A stretch of 32,000 nt of DNA, taken from assembly GCA_963743275.1 (NCBI GenBank), contig CAVUPB010000006.1:403657-435656 (forward strand), given 5' to 3'. The notes beneath the pieces were generated by a model. The model ran no database searches and was not told the DNA's origin. It worked only from the letters and a program-made list of their open reading frames with translations. The stretch's first letter is position 1. The number at the start of each line of letters is the position of its first letter. The position numbers and the translations under genes were made by a program. The DNA is from an uncultured Actinomycetes bacterium. GTDB taxonomy: Bacteria; Actinomycetota; Thermoleophilia; Gaiellales; JALYLC01. Shown here piece by piece: positions 9,629-20,284 of the stretch.

Positions 9629-10375
9629 CTACATCCCCAATCCGCCGTCGACCGCGAGCACCGCGCCGGTCACGAAGCCGGACGCGTCCGAGACGAGGAA
9701 GCGGACGCAGCGCGCGATGTCCTCGGGCTCGCCGAGGCGCCCGAGCGGCGTGGACGCCAGCAGCGCCTCACGCGCGCTGTCGGGCAGCACGTCCGTCAGC
9801 TCGGTCGCGATGTAGCCCGGCGCGATGCAGTTGACGCGCACGCCGCGCGAGCCGATCTCCTTGGCGAGCGACTTCGTGAGGCCGATCAGGCCGGCCTTCG
9901 AGGCCGAGTAGTTCGTCTGGCCGGCATTGCCGTGGATGCCGACGATCGAGCCCATGGTCACGATCGAGCCGCGCCGGCGGCGGAGCATGCGCCGCGCCGC
10001 CGCCTGGCAGACGTGGAACGCGCCGCCGAGGTTCGTCGCGATGACCGCGTCGAAGTCCTCCGGGCTGATGCGCGCGATCAGGTTGTCGCGGGTGATGCCC
10101 GCATTGCAGACGAGCGCGTCGATCTCGCCGAGCTCGTCCTCGCAGCGCGCGACGAGGGCCGCGGCCTCCTCGGGCTTCGCGACGTCGGCCTGGAGCGCGA
10201 GGGCGCGCCCGCCCGCAGCCTCGATCTCGCCCACGACCGCGGCCGCCCCGCCGGCGTCCGAGCGGTAGTTCACGCCGATCGCGGCGCCCGCCGCGGCCAG
10301 CTCGAGCGCCGTGGCGCGTCCGATGCCGCGCGAGGCGCCGGTGATCAGCGCGATCCGGCCGTCGAGCTCAGGCAC
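9629..10375 (-). CDS. fabG: 3-oxoacyl-ACP reductase (SDR)
   Basis: Track ORF 9629..10507 trimmed to the in-frame GTG at 10375 (VPELDGRIALITGASRGIGRA...), giving 248 aa. TGxxxGIG, NAG and YSASKAG motifs are present. The start overlaps the fabD stop by 8 nt. Confidence 0.85.
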   Translation of the reverse strand: MPELDGRIALITGASRGIGRATALELAAAGAAIGVNYRSDAGGAAAVVGEIEAAGGRALALQADVAKPEEAAALVARCEDELGEIDALVCNAGITRDNLIARISPEDFDAVIATNLGGAFHVCQAAARRMLRRRRGSIVTMGSIVGIHGNAGQTNYSASKAGLIGLTKSLAKEIGSRGVRVNCIAPGYIATELTDVLPDSAREALLASTPLGRLGEPEDIARCVRFLVSDASGFVTGAVLAVDGGLGM

Positions 10376-11300
10376 CTGCGACCAGCTCCTGCGCGCGGGC
10401 GATGTCGTCCGGACCCGAGACGGACACCGACGAGAGGCTCCGGTCGATGCGGCGGATGAGCCCCGAGAGCACGTTGCCCGGGCCGACCTCGACGAAGGTG
10501 CGGGCACCGAGGTCGCGCAGCGCCATCACGGCCTGCGTGAAGCGCACCGGGGCGGTCAGCTGCTGCAGCAGGATCGGCACGATCTCGCGCGCGCCTTCGA
10601 GCCGGCAGGTCACGGTCGAGAAGAACGGCACGCGCGGCTCGGCGAACGCCGTCGCCTCGAGCACCGGCGCCAGCTGCTCGGCCGCGAGCGCGGTGAGCGG
10701 GCTGTGGAAGCCGCCCGAGACCTTGAGCTTGACGGCCCGCCGCGCCCCGGCCGCCTCGGCGGCGCTCATGAGCGCAGCGACGCCCTCGAGCGTCCCGCTC
10801 ACGACGACCTGCCCGGGGCAGTTGTAGTTCGCGGCCCAGACGCCGTCGATCCCGTCGCAGAGCCGCTCGATCTCGGCATCGTCGAGACCGATGATGGCGG
10901 CCATCGCTCCCGGCGCGGCGGCCGCCGCTGCGGCCGTCGCGAGCCCGCGCTCGCGCGTCAGATGCGCCGCGGTGCGATCGTCGATCGACCCGGCGGCAGC
11001 CAGGGCCGCGTACTCGCCGACCGAGTGGCCGACGACGTAGTCGGGACGCAGGCCCGCCTCGGTGAGCGCCGCGAGGCACGCGAGCTCGGTCGTGACGAGC
11101 GCCGGCTGCGTGATCTCGGTCTCGCTCAGGCGCTCGATCGGCCCCTCGAAGCACACCTGGGCGATGTCGAACCCGACCGCCTCCGCTGCGCGGTCGTAGA
11201 CGGCCCGCGCGGCCGGGTAGGCCTCGCTCATCGCACGCCCCATGCCCACCTCCTGGGAACCCTGCCCCGGGAAGCAGAACGCCACCCTGCCCTCCGTCAC
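10368..11300 (-). CDS. fabD: Malonyl-CoA:ACP transacylase
   Basis: Track ORF 10368..11336. FCFPGQGSQ and GHSVGEYAALAAAG motifs are present. I prefer the GTG at 11300 (VTEGRVAFCFPGQGSQ). It is preceded by GAGGAGG, and the 12 codons upstream of it are unusually A/T-ending for this genome. Confidence 0.85.
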   Translation of the reverse strand: MTEGRVAFCFPGQGSQEVGMGRAMSEAYPAARAVYDRAAEAVGFDIAQVCFEGPIERLSETEITQPALVTTELACLAALTEAGLRPDYVVGHSVGEYAALAAAGSIDDRTAAHLTRERGLATAAAAAAAPGAMAAIIGLDDAEIERLCDGIDGVWAANYNCPGQVVVSGTLEGVAALMSAAEAAGARRAVKLKVSGGFHSPLTALAAEQLAPVLEATAFAEPRVPFFSTVTCRLEGAREIVPILLQQLTAPVRFTQAVMALRDLGARTFVEVGPGNVLSGLIRRIDRSLSSVSVSGPDDIARAQELVAGA

Positions 11301-11375
11301 CCGACCTCCTCGCAGCGACCGCAGACCAGAGTACACCGGAGCCGGAGGCGCAGGCCCCTGGCACCCGAGCGCGCG

Positions 11376-11822
11376 TCAGGCATCCGTGAACCCGAACGCG
11401 AGCTGGGCGTCGAGGACGCGCTCGCCGTTGCAGTGCACGATGCCGGTGCCACGGCCGAAGGTGCGGCGCAGGCGATCCACGACCAGCTCGAAGTCGAGCA
11501 CGTCGCCCGGGCGCACGACGCGGCGGAAGCGGACGCCGTCGATGCCCGCGAAGAGCGGCACGCGCCCTGCGAAGTCGGGATGCGAGAGCACGCCCACCGC
11601 CCCGGCCTGCGCGAGCGCCTCGACCATCAGCACGCCCGGCATGATCGGATCGCCCGGGAAGTGCCCGCGCAGGAACCACTCGTCGCCGCGCACGCGGTAG
11701 CGCGCGACCACGCGCGCGCCCGGCTCGAGCTCGACGACCTCGTCGATCAGGAGGAAGGGGTCGCGATGCGGGATGAGCTGCTCGATCAGCTCGCGTCCGA
11801 ACGGGGTGGTGAGCGCGGTCAC
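11376..11822 (-). CDS. fabZ: 3-hydroxyacyl-ACP dehydratase
   Basis: C-terminal 148 aa of track ORF 11376..12884, from the in-frame GTG 11822: VTALTTPFGRELIEQLIPHRDPFLLIDEV...GHFPGDPIMPGVLMVEALAQ... is a hot-dog fold FabZ signature. Confidence 0.88.
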   Translation of the reverse strand: MTALTTPFGRELIEQLIPHRDPFLLIDEVVELEPGARVVARYRVRGDEWFLRGHFPGDPIMPGVLMVEALAQAGAVGVLSHPDFAGRVPLFAGIDGVRFRRVVRPGDVLDFELVVDRLRRTFGRGTGIVHCNGERVLDAQLAFGFTDA

Positions 11823-11828
11823 GGCGCC

Positions 11829-11834
11829 TATCGT
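11829..11834 (+). promoter_or_regulatory. -10 hexamer TATCGT at -12 to -7 of the birA ATG; the complementary strand reads TACGAT at -13 to -8 of the fabZ GTG
   Basis: Only 18 bp separate the divergent fabZ (11822) and birA (11841) start codons. The near-palindromic cTATCGTAg supplies a TANNNT on both strands. Confidence 0.45.
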
Positions 11835-11840
11835 AGCCAG

Positions 11841-12575
11841 ATGACCGATCCGCGAATCCGGATCCACGAGCTCGCGACCTGCGCGTCGACCCAGGACGAG
11901 CTGCGCGTGCTCGCGGAGGCGGGAGCACCTGCTTTCACGGCGGTGCGCGCCGACGTGCAGGAGGCGGGCCGGGGTCGCCGCGGACGGCGCTGGGAGGCGC
12001 CTGCGGGCACGGCGTTGCTGGTCTCGATCCTGCTGCGCCCCGAGCGCGCAGCGCACGAGCTGCCGGCGCTCAGCCTCGCCGGCGGCGTCGCCGCGGTCGC
12101 GTGCACGCGGGGATTCGGCGTCGCCGCGGGCCTCAGCTGGCCCAACGACGTCGTCTGCGCGGAGCGCAAGCTGGGCGGCGTGCTCGCAGAGCTCGGACCC
12201 GGGGGGAGCGTGCTTCTGGGGATCGGGCTGAACCTCGCCGCGCGGGCCGCGGATCTGCCCGTGTCCGACCGCCTCGTGCCCACGTCGGTCCTGCTCGAGA
12301 CGGGCTCGGCCCCCACCGCGCCGGAGGCCCTGGACGCGCTGCTCGCCGCGCTCGGCCCGCTCGCCGCGCTCTTCGACGCCGGCGGGCCGCCCGCGATCGC
12401 AGCGCAGGCGCGCCCGCTCGACACGCTGGCCGGCTCGGCGGTCGAGCTGAGGCTGGCACGCGGGGACGTCGTGCGGGGCACCGCCGCGGGCATCGCCGAC
12501 GACGGCTGCCTGCTCGTGCGCACGTCCGCGGGGGTGCGGCCATACGCGAGCGGCGAGGTCGTGCGCCTGACGTAG
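11841..12575 (+). CDS. birA: Biotin--[acetyl-CoA-carboxylase] ligase, class I (no N-terminal HTH)
   Basis: C-terminal 244 aa of track ORF 10311..12575, from the in-frame ATG 11841. The GRGRRGRRW biotin-binding loop is present. Confidence 0.85.
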   Translation: MTDPRIRIHELATCASTQDELRVLAEAGAPAFTAVRADVQEAGRGRRGRRWEAPAGTALLVSILLRPERAAHELPALSLAGGVAAVACTRGFGVAAGLSWPNDVVCAERKLGGVLAELGPGGSVLLGIGLNLAARAADLPVSDRLVPTSVLLETGSAPTAPEALDALLAALGPLAALFDAGGPPAIAAQARPLDTLAGSAVELRLARGDVVRGTAAGIADDGCLLVRTSAGVRPYASGEVVRLT

Positions 12576-12614
12576 GACGCCCTGGGCGTCGGAGGCGTAT
12601 GCCACGCTACGCGC

Positions 12615-13232
12615 GTGAGCGAGACGCTCCTGGACGTGTTCGTCACCGGTACCGACGACGGCGTGGGCAAGACCTACGTGTGCGCGCTGCTGGCGGCGCG
12701 GGCGCGCGCCGCGGGTCTCACGCCCGCCGTGCTGACGGCCGTGCAGCTCGGCGACGACGACGTCACGCGCTGGCTGATCGGCCGCGTGCCCGGCGCCGTC
12801 GGCGCCACCGCCCACGCCTACCCGCGCGAGCACCTCCTGGCGTCGCGGGGCGGCGCCGCGATCGCCGCCGTCGATCCCGAGCACGTGCGCGAGGTCTACC
12901 TCGCACTGCGCGGCCGCAGCGACGGCGTCCTCGTCGAGGCGCCGTCGGGCCTGCTCTCACCGATCGGGTGGAACCGCACGACGGCCGATCTCGCCGGCGT
13001 CCTCGGCCTGCCGCTCGTGATCGTCTGCCGGCCGGGGCGCGGCACCATCAACCACGCCGCTCTGACGCTCGAGGCCGCGCGGCGGCGGCACCTCGAGGTG
13101 CGAGGCCTGATCGTCAACGGGGCGAGCGAGCATCCCGGCCTCGAGGAGCTCGCGAACCGTGCCGAGCTCGCGCGCCTGGCCCCGATCCTCGACATCGTCC
13201 TCGACGAGACCATCAGCTCGCTCTCCGGCTAG
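12615..13232 (+). CDS. bioD: Dethiobiotin synthase-like P-loop protein (divergent BioD)
   Basis: ORF track, 205 aa. VFVTGTDDGVGKT P-loop, VLVEAPSG and GTINHAALT align to BioD. The usually conserved KPV(Q/A)(T/S)G and EGAGG motifs read TAVQLG and EAPSG here (see findings). Confidence 0.6.
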   Translation: MSETLLDVFVTGTDDGVGKTYVCALLAARARAAGLTPAVLTAVQLGDDDVTRWLIGRVPGAVGATAHAYPREHLLASRGGAAIAAVDPEHVREVYLALRGRSDGVLVEAPSGLLSPIGWNRTTADLAGVLGLPLVIVCRPGRGTINHAALTLEAARRRHLEVRGLIVNGASEHPGLEELANRAELARLAPILDIVLDETISSLSG

Positions 13233-15402
13233 CGCGGAAGGGCCCGGCGCGCGCAGCGTTGCCCGCCGCGTCCACGAGCCGGAGCCGCAGCTTGGCCGGC
13301 ACGCCCGCCGGCAGGCGGAAGCGGAACCCGTTGAGACCGGCGCCGCGCGGGCGGCGAGGCACCACGACGCGCGCGCCGGCGACCACGCGCACCGTCGTGG
13401 CCTCCGACAGGCGCACGACGAGGAACGCGCGGCGCCCGCGCACGCGCAGGCGGACGAAGCGCGCGGCGGGCGGTCGCCGGTCGAGCCTGAAGACCGCGCT
13501 CAGCACCTGCTCGCCGACGGCCGTCCGCGCATGCAGGGCCAGCGTGTAGGTGCCGTCGGGCATCGCGGCGAGCTGCGACGCGGGCAGCTCGAGCGTCTGC
13601 GGACCGGGCTCGACCACGGCGGCGATGAGCGACGCCGGAGCGCGGCCACCCCCGGCTGCGAGCTCGCCTGCGACCGTCGCCTCCTGCGTCTGCTGCCAGG
13701 ACACCGTCACGGAGCGGTCGCGGCCGACGGCGTCCCGGCTCAGGTGCAGCTTGCGCACGGCGCGGATGACCGCCACCTGCCCGCTGCGCTCGGCGACCTG
13801 CCCCGCGGCGTCGACGACGTGCAGGCGCACGTCGTAGACGCCGTCGGCGACGATGCCCGCGAGGCCCTCGCCGCCCCAGCGCGCGCTCTGCCCACCCGCG
13901 GGCAGCTGGACGCCCGCGACGAGCGTCGCGACGACGACGCCGTCGGGAGCGAGCACGTCGAGCGTGACCGCCCCGGGCGCAGCCAGCGTGTAGCCGATCG
14001 CGAGCGTGTCGTCGACGCCGTCGCCGTCGGGCGAGACGACGGCGGGCGCGAGCGAGAGCGGCGGCGCCTGGACGACGACGGGCAGCGCACCGAGCGACGC
14101 GAGCAGCGGCCGCGCCGACGCGCCGGCGGCGTCCTGCGCGTCGATCCGGTACGCGAGCTTCGTGCCCGGCGCCAGCGGCGTGCCGTCGGAGCGTGCGCCG
14201 TTCCAGGTCCAGGCGACGTCGCCGCCGCTGCCGCTCGAGCTCGCGACCGGTGCGCCGTGCGCGTCGAGCACCGTCAGCACCCAGCTCGCTCCGCCGAGGA
14301 CGCGCGCCCGGAAGACGATCGGCGCGAGCGCCCCGCTCGCATCGGTCCCGAGGCCGGGCGGAGTCGCCGTCGCGTCGACGATCTTGGGCGTCCCGGCCGC
14401 CTGCGCGGCGGCGGCGATCCCATCGAGCTCGGAGTAGATCAGCGCCCCCGGGCAGTCGGTCGAGAGCGCATCGCGATGCCCGCTGACGGCGCGGAACGTG
14501 CCGCTCCTGCCCGCGGCGAAGCGGTCGTTGCCCGCAGAGGTCAGCGTCGCGTGGCCGAGTGGGTCGACGTGCGCGACGTCCAGCCGCCACGCGATCAGGC
14601 GCGTGAGCGCGTCGCGCGCGGCAGCGGTGAGCGGTGCGATCGCGCCGTTGCCGATCACGGCGATGCCCACGCTGCCGGCGTTGAAGCCCAGGGTGTGCGC
14701 CCCGATGACGGGCTGGTCGATCCCCCCGGCGCGGCCCTCGAAGATCCGCCCGTAGGCATCGACGAGGAAGTTGTAGCCGATGTCGTTCCAGCCGTTCGAG
14801 CGCACGTGGTAGGTGTAGATCGAGCGGATGATCGCGGGCACATCGTCGGGCGCGTAGCCGTTCGGCGTGTCCGTGTGGTGCACGAACACCATCTGCACTG
14901 CGGGGGCATAGCGCGGCGGGGCGCGCTTCAGCGACTCGTCGGCGCCCCAGCCCGCGCGGGAGATGATGTCGGGCTGCCCGGGCGCGGCCGCCGGCACGCG
15001 CACCGGAGTCACCGGGCCGCGAGCCGACGCCACGAACGCGAGGTGCACGCGCCCGGGCGCGCCGCGCACCCGCAGCTGCACGGTGTCGCTACCGGGGATC
15101 CAGATGGGCTCGGCGTGGCTGACCGGCCCGCCGGCGTCGGGCGTGAGACGTGTCCACGGCGACCACGCATGCCCCCCGCCGCGCGCGCGCACCTCCACGG
15201 TGACGCCCGGGCGGGCCGCCCAGCGCGCTCCGAGCAGGTCGAATGCGAACGGCGCGCGCAGCGCCGGCAGCACGCCCCCACCCGGCGCGCCCGCAGTCGC
15301 GACCGCCAGCTCCGCGTAGCGCGCGGTCGCCGCCCCGGCCCCCGGCGCGAACGCGAGCAGGGCGAGGAGCGGCAGGCAGCGGAGGACGGCGCGCTTCACC
15401 AC
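13213..15402 (-). CDS. Secreted N-acetylmuramoyl-L-alanine amidase (PGRP/Amidase_2) with C-terminal FlgD-Ig-like repeats
   Basis: C-terminal ~729 aa of track ORF 13213..16692, from GTG 15402 (or 15399): VVKRAVLRCLPLLALLAFAPGAGAATA is a signal peptide. The amidase core is VFVHHTDTPNGY...WNDIGYNFLVD...GAHTLGFN...SGHRD...CPG. These are followed by repeats of the type VTLDVLAPDGVVVATL...WGGEG...DGVYDVRLHVVDAAG. The part of the track ORF upstream of 15402 is antisense to nfeD. Confidence 0.8.
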   Translation of the reverse strand: MVKRAVLRCLPLLALLAFAPGAGAATARYAELAVATAGAPGGGVLPALRAPFAFDLLGARWAARPGVTVEVRARGGGHAWSPWTRLTPDAGGPVSHAEPIWIPGSDTVQLRVRGAPGRVHLAFVASARGPVTPVRVPAAAPGQPDIISRAGWGADESLKRAPPRYAPAVQMVFVHHTDTPNGYAPDDVPAIIRSIYTYHVRSNGWNDIGYNFLVDAYGRIFEGRAGGIDQPVIGAHTLGFNAGSVGIAVIGNGAIAPLTAAARDALTRLIAWRLDVAHVDPLGHATLTSAGNDRFAAGRSGTFRAVSGHRDALSTDCPGALIYSELDGIAAAAQAAGTPKIVDATATPPGLGTDASGALAPIVFRARVLGGASWVLTVLDAHGAPVASSSGSGGDVAWTWNGARSDGTPLAPGTKLAYRIDAQDAAGASARPLLASLGALPVVVQAPPLSLAPAVVSPDGDGVDDTLAIGYTLAAPGAVTLDVLAPDGVVVATLVAGVQLPAGGQSARWGGEGLAGIVADGVYDVRLHVVDAAGQVAERSGQVAVIRAVRKLHLSRDAVGRDRSVTVSWQQTQEATVAGELAAGGGRAPASLIAAVVEPGPQTLELPASQLAAMPDGTYTLALHARTAVGEQVLSAVFRLDRRPPAARFVRLRVRGRRAFLVVRLSEATTVRVVAGARVVVPRRPRGAGLNGFRFRLPAGVPAKLRLRLVDAAGNAARAGPFRASRRAS

Positions 15403-15468
15403 CCGGGCTTCGCGGGCGGCCGCCGCGTCCCTCCCGTGCGCCCACCCGGGTGTAGGCTGCGATAGCCG

Positions 15469-16800
15469 ATGCGCGCATTGTGCCTCCTGGCCGTCGCACT
15501 CATCGCCGGGCTCGCGCTGACACCCGGCGCGGCCGCCCAGACCCCCCACGTGCGCGTGGTCGTGCTCGCCGGCGACGTCGACCCCGTGACGGCCGACTGG
15601 ATCGTCGGCGAGATCCACGCCGCGGCCGACGCGCACGACGACGCCGTTGTACTCGAGCTCGAGACGCCGGGCGGCCTGCTGACCTCGATGCGCAAGATCA
15701 CGCAGGCCGAGCTGCGCTCGCCCGTCCCGGTCATCGCGTTCGTCGCGCCGAGCGGCGCGCGCGCGGCCAGCGCCGGCTTCTTCGTGCTGCAGGCGGCCGA
15801 TCTGGCCGCAATGGTGCCGGCCTCGAACACGGGCGCCGCGACGCCCATCGACATGGGCGGCGGCAACGTCGGCAGCGACCTGCGCGCGAAGCTGATCCAC
15901 GACTCCGAGGCCCAGATGCGCTTCCTCGCGGGCGGCAGCGGCCGCAACGCCAGCGCGGCGGCGCAGGCGGTCGAGCCGAGGAGCAGCGCGTGCCCGCGCT
16001 GCCCGCGCAGCTGGACCGCGGCGGAGGCGCTGCACGAGCACGTCATCGACCTCGTCGCCGCCGACCTGCCCGCGCTCCTGGCGAAGAGCGACGGGCGCGT
16101 CACCGTGCGCAAGCACCTGCGGCTCGCCCTGGCGGGCGCGACGGTCTCGCGCCACGAGCTGCCGCTGCAGCTGCGGATCCTGGACGTGCTGCTCGACCCC
16201 AACCTGATCACGCTGCTCTTCCTCGGGGGCATCCTCGGCATCGCATTCGAGCTCACGCACCCCGGGATCGTGCTCCCCGGCCTGCTCGGCACCGTGTCGC
16301 TGCTGCTGGCGCTGCTCGGGCTCTCGATCGTGCCGTTCTCGTGGGCCGGCATCGCGCTCCTCGCCTTCGGGATCGCATTGCTGGCGCTGGAGGGCCACAG
16401 CCCGGCCCACGGGGCGTTCGCGGCGGTGGGAACGCTCGCGCTCGTGCTCGGCGGCGTGGTGCTCTTCCGCGTCGACAACTCGCCCTACGGCACCACGAGC
16501 TTCTGGCTCGTGCTCGCCATCGCGGTCTCGCTCGGCCTGATCGTGACGTTCGTGATCACGCGCGTCTGGCAGGCGCGCCGCCTGCCGCCGCGCGGCGCCG
16601 GGGTGACGCTCGTGGGCGAGCTCGCGACCGTCGCGACCGGTCTGCACCCGGACGGGCAGGTGTTCCTCCAGGGCGAGCGCTGGCACGCGCATCTGGCGAC
16701 GGGGGACGCCGATCCCGGGGATCAGGTGCGCGTGACGGGGCAGCAGGGCCTCGTGCTCGACGTCGTGCTCGAGCCCGCGCCCGCGCCAGCCCGCACATAG
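15469..16800 (+). CDS. NfeD-family membrane-bound ClpP-class serine protease
   Basis: ORF track, 443 aa. It has a signal/anchor, a ClpP-like domain (VVLELETPGGL...ARAASAGFFVL), several TM helices, and a C-terminal OB-fold NfeD domain (GQVFLQGERWHAHL...GDQVRVTG). It sits immediately upstream of an SPFH gene, the classic pairing. Confidence 0.85.
   Translation: MRALCLLAVALIAGLALTPGAAAQTPHVRVVVLAGDVDPVTADWIVGEIHAAADAHDDAVVLELETPGGLLTSMRKITQAELRSPVPVIAFVAPSGARAASAGFFVLQAADLAAMVPASNTGAATPIDMGGGNVGSDLRAKLIHDSEAQMRFLAGGSGRNASAAAQAVEPRSSACPRCPRSWTAAEALHEHVIDLVAADLPALLAKSDGRVTVRKHLRLALAGATVSRHELPLQLRILDVLLDPNLITLLFLGGILGIAFELTHPGIVLPGLLGTVSLLLALLGLSIVPFSWAGIALLAFGIALLALEGHSPAHGAFAAVGTLALVLGGVVLFRVDNSPYGTTSFWLVLAIAVSLGLIVTFVITRVWQARRLPPRGAGVTLVGELATVATGLHPDGQVFLQGERWHAHLATGDADPGDQVRVTGQQGLVLDVVLEPAPAPART
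15991..16008. repeat. Tandem 9-bp duplication inside nfeD
   Basis: tgcccgcgc occurs twice in tandem, encoding CPRCPR. Confidence 0.9.
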
Positions 16801-16803
16801 GAT
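16798..16803 (+). promoter_or_regulatory. -10 hexamer TAGGAT at -12 to -7 of the SPFH ATG (internal leaderless-type promoter)
   Basis: The TAG of the hexamer is the nfeD stop codon. The hexamer ends 6 nt before ATG 16810. Confidence 0.4.
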
Positions 16804-16809
16804 GCCCGC

Positions 16810-17598
16810 ATGAACGCTCTATTCGCGGTCGCCGCCGCCCTCATCATCATCGCCGTCCTGGTCATCGGCTCGGCGGTGCGCGTCCTGCGCGAATACGAGC
16901 GCGGGGTGATCTTCCGGCTCGGCCGTCTGATCTCGGCGCCCAAGGGACCGGGGCTCATCCTGCTCGTGCCGTTCATCGACCGGATGGTCAAGATCGACCT
17001 GCGTACCGTCACGCTCGCGATCCCGCCCCAGGAGGTCATCAGCAAGGACAACGTGCCGGTGCGGGTGACCGCGGTGACCTACTTCCGCGTCGTCGACCCC
17101 CAGGCCGCCGTCACGCAGATCGAGAACTTCATGGTCGCGACCTCCCAGATCGCGCAGACGACGCTGCGCGCCGTGCTCGGCCAGCACTCGCTCGACGAGC
17201 TGCTCGCCGAGCGCGACAAGATCAACGCGATCCTGCAGGACATCATCGACAAGCACACGGCGCCCTGGGGCATCAAGATCTCGGTCGTCGAGGTCAAGGA
17301 CGTCGAGCTGCCGACGACGATGCAGCGCGCCATGGCCCGGCAGGCCGAGGCCGAGCGCGAGCGGCGCGCCAAGATCATCGGCGCGCAGGGCGAGTACGAG
17401 GCCGCCGAGCAGCTCAGCCTCGCGGCCGATCGCATCTCGGCCAGCCCGATCGCCCTCCAGCTCCGCTACCTGCAGACGCTGCTCGAGATCTCGTCGGGCA
17501 ACAACGCCACGACGATCCTGCCGTTCCCGATCGACATCCTGCGGCCGCTGCAGGAGGCGATCAAGGCGATTCCGGTGCCGCCGCCCCCGGCGGGCTGA
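16810..17598 (+). CDS. SPFH/band-7 (stomatin-like) protein
   Basis: ORF track, 262 aa. N-terminal anchor followed by [15 protein letters not shown]...[18 protein letters not shown]...AERE.RAKII, a typical stomatin/PHB domain. Confidence 0.9.
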   Translation: MNALFAVAAALIIIAVLVIGSAVRVLREYERGVIFRLGRLISAPKGPGLILLVPFIDRMVKIDLRTVTLAIPPQEVISKDNVPVRVTAVTYFRVVDPQAAVTQIENFMVATSQIAQTTLRAVLGQHSLDELLAERDKINAILQDIIDKHTAPWGIKISVVEVKDVELPTTMQRAMARQAEAERERRAKIIGAQGEYEAAEQLSLAADRISASPIALQLRYLQTLLEISSGNNATTILPFPIDILRPLQEAIKAIPVPPPPAG

Positions 17599-17607
17599 GA
17601 GCCCCGC

Positions 17608-20265
<2,658 letters not shown>

Positions 20266-20284
20266 GGGTTGGAGCTCCTAGGTT

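Noticed and set aside
9626-9631. Looked for a missed acpP between fabG and fabF, and for small ORFs in the other fab junctions.
   Set aside because: Only 2 nt separate the fabG stop from the fabF start. fabD and fabG overlap. The 75-nt fabZ-fabD gap holds just an SD. No ACP-like (DSL motif) ORF is possible here.
12576-12590. 6-bp GC hairpin (GACGCC-ctg-GGCGTC) right after the birA stop, as a possible terminator.
   Set aside because: The 3-nt loop is too small and there is no U-tract. bioD follows within 40 nt and is probably co-transcribed.
15961-16030. Suspected compensating frameshifts in nfeD because of the odd segment PRSSACPRCPRSW.
   Set aside because: The two alternative frames give no NfeD-like sequence. 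The downstream TAAEALHEHVIDL motif is in the same frame as the upstream part. An in-frame 9-bp duplication explains the segment.
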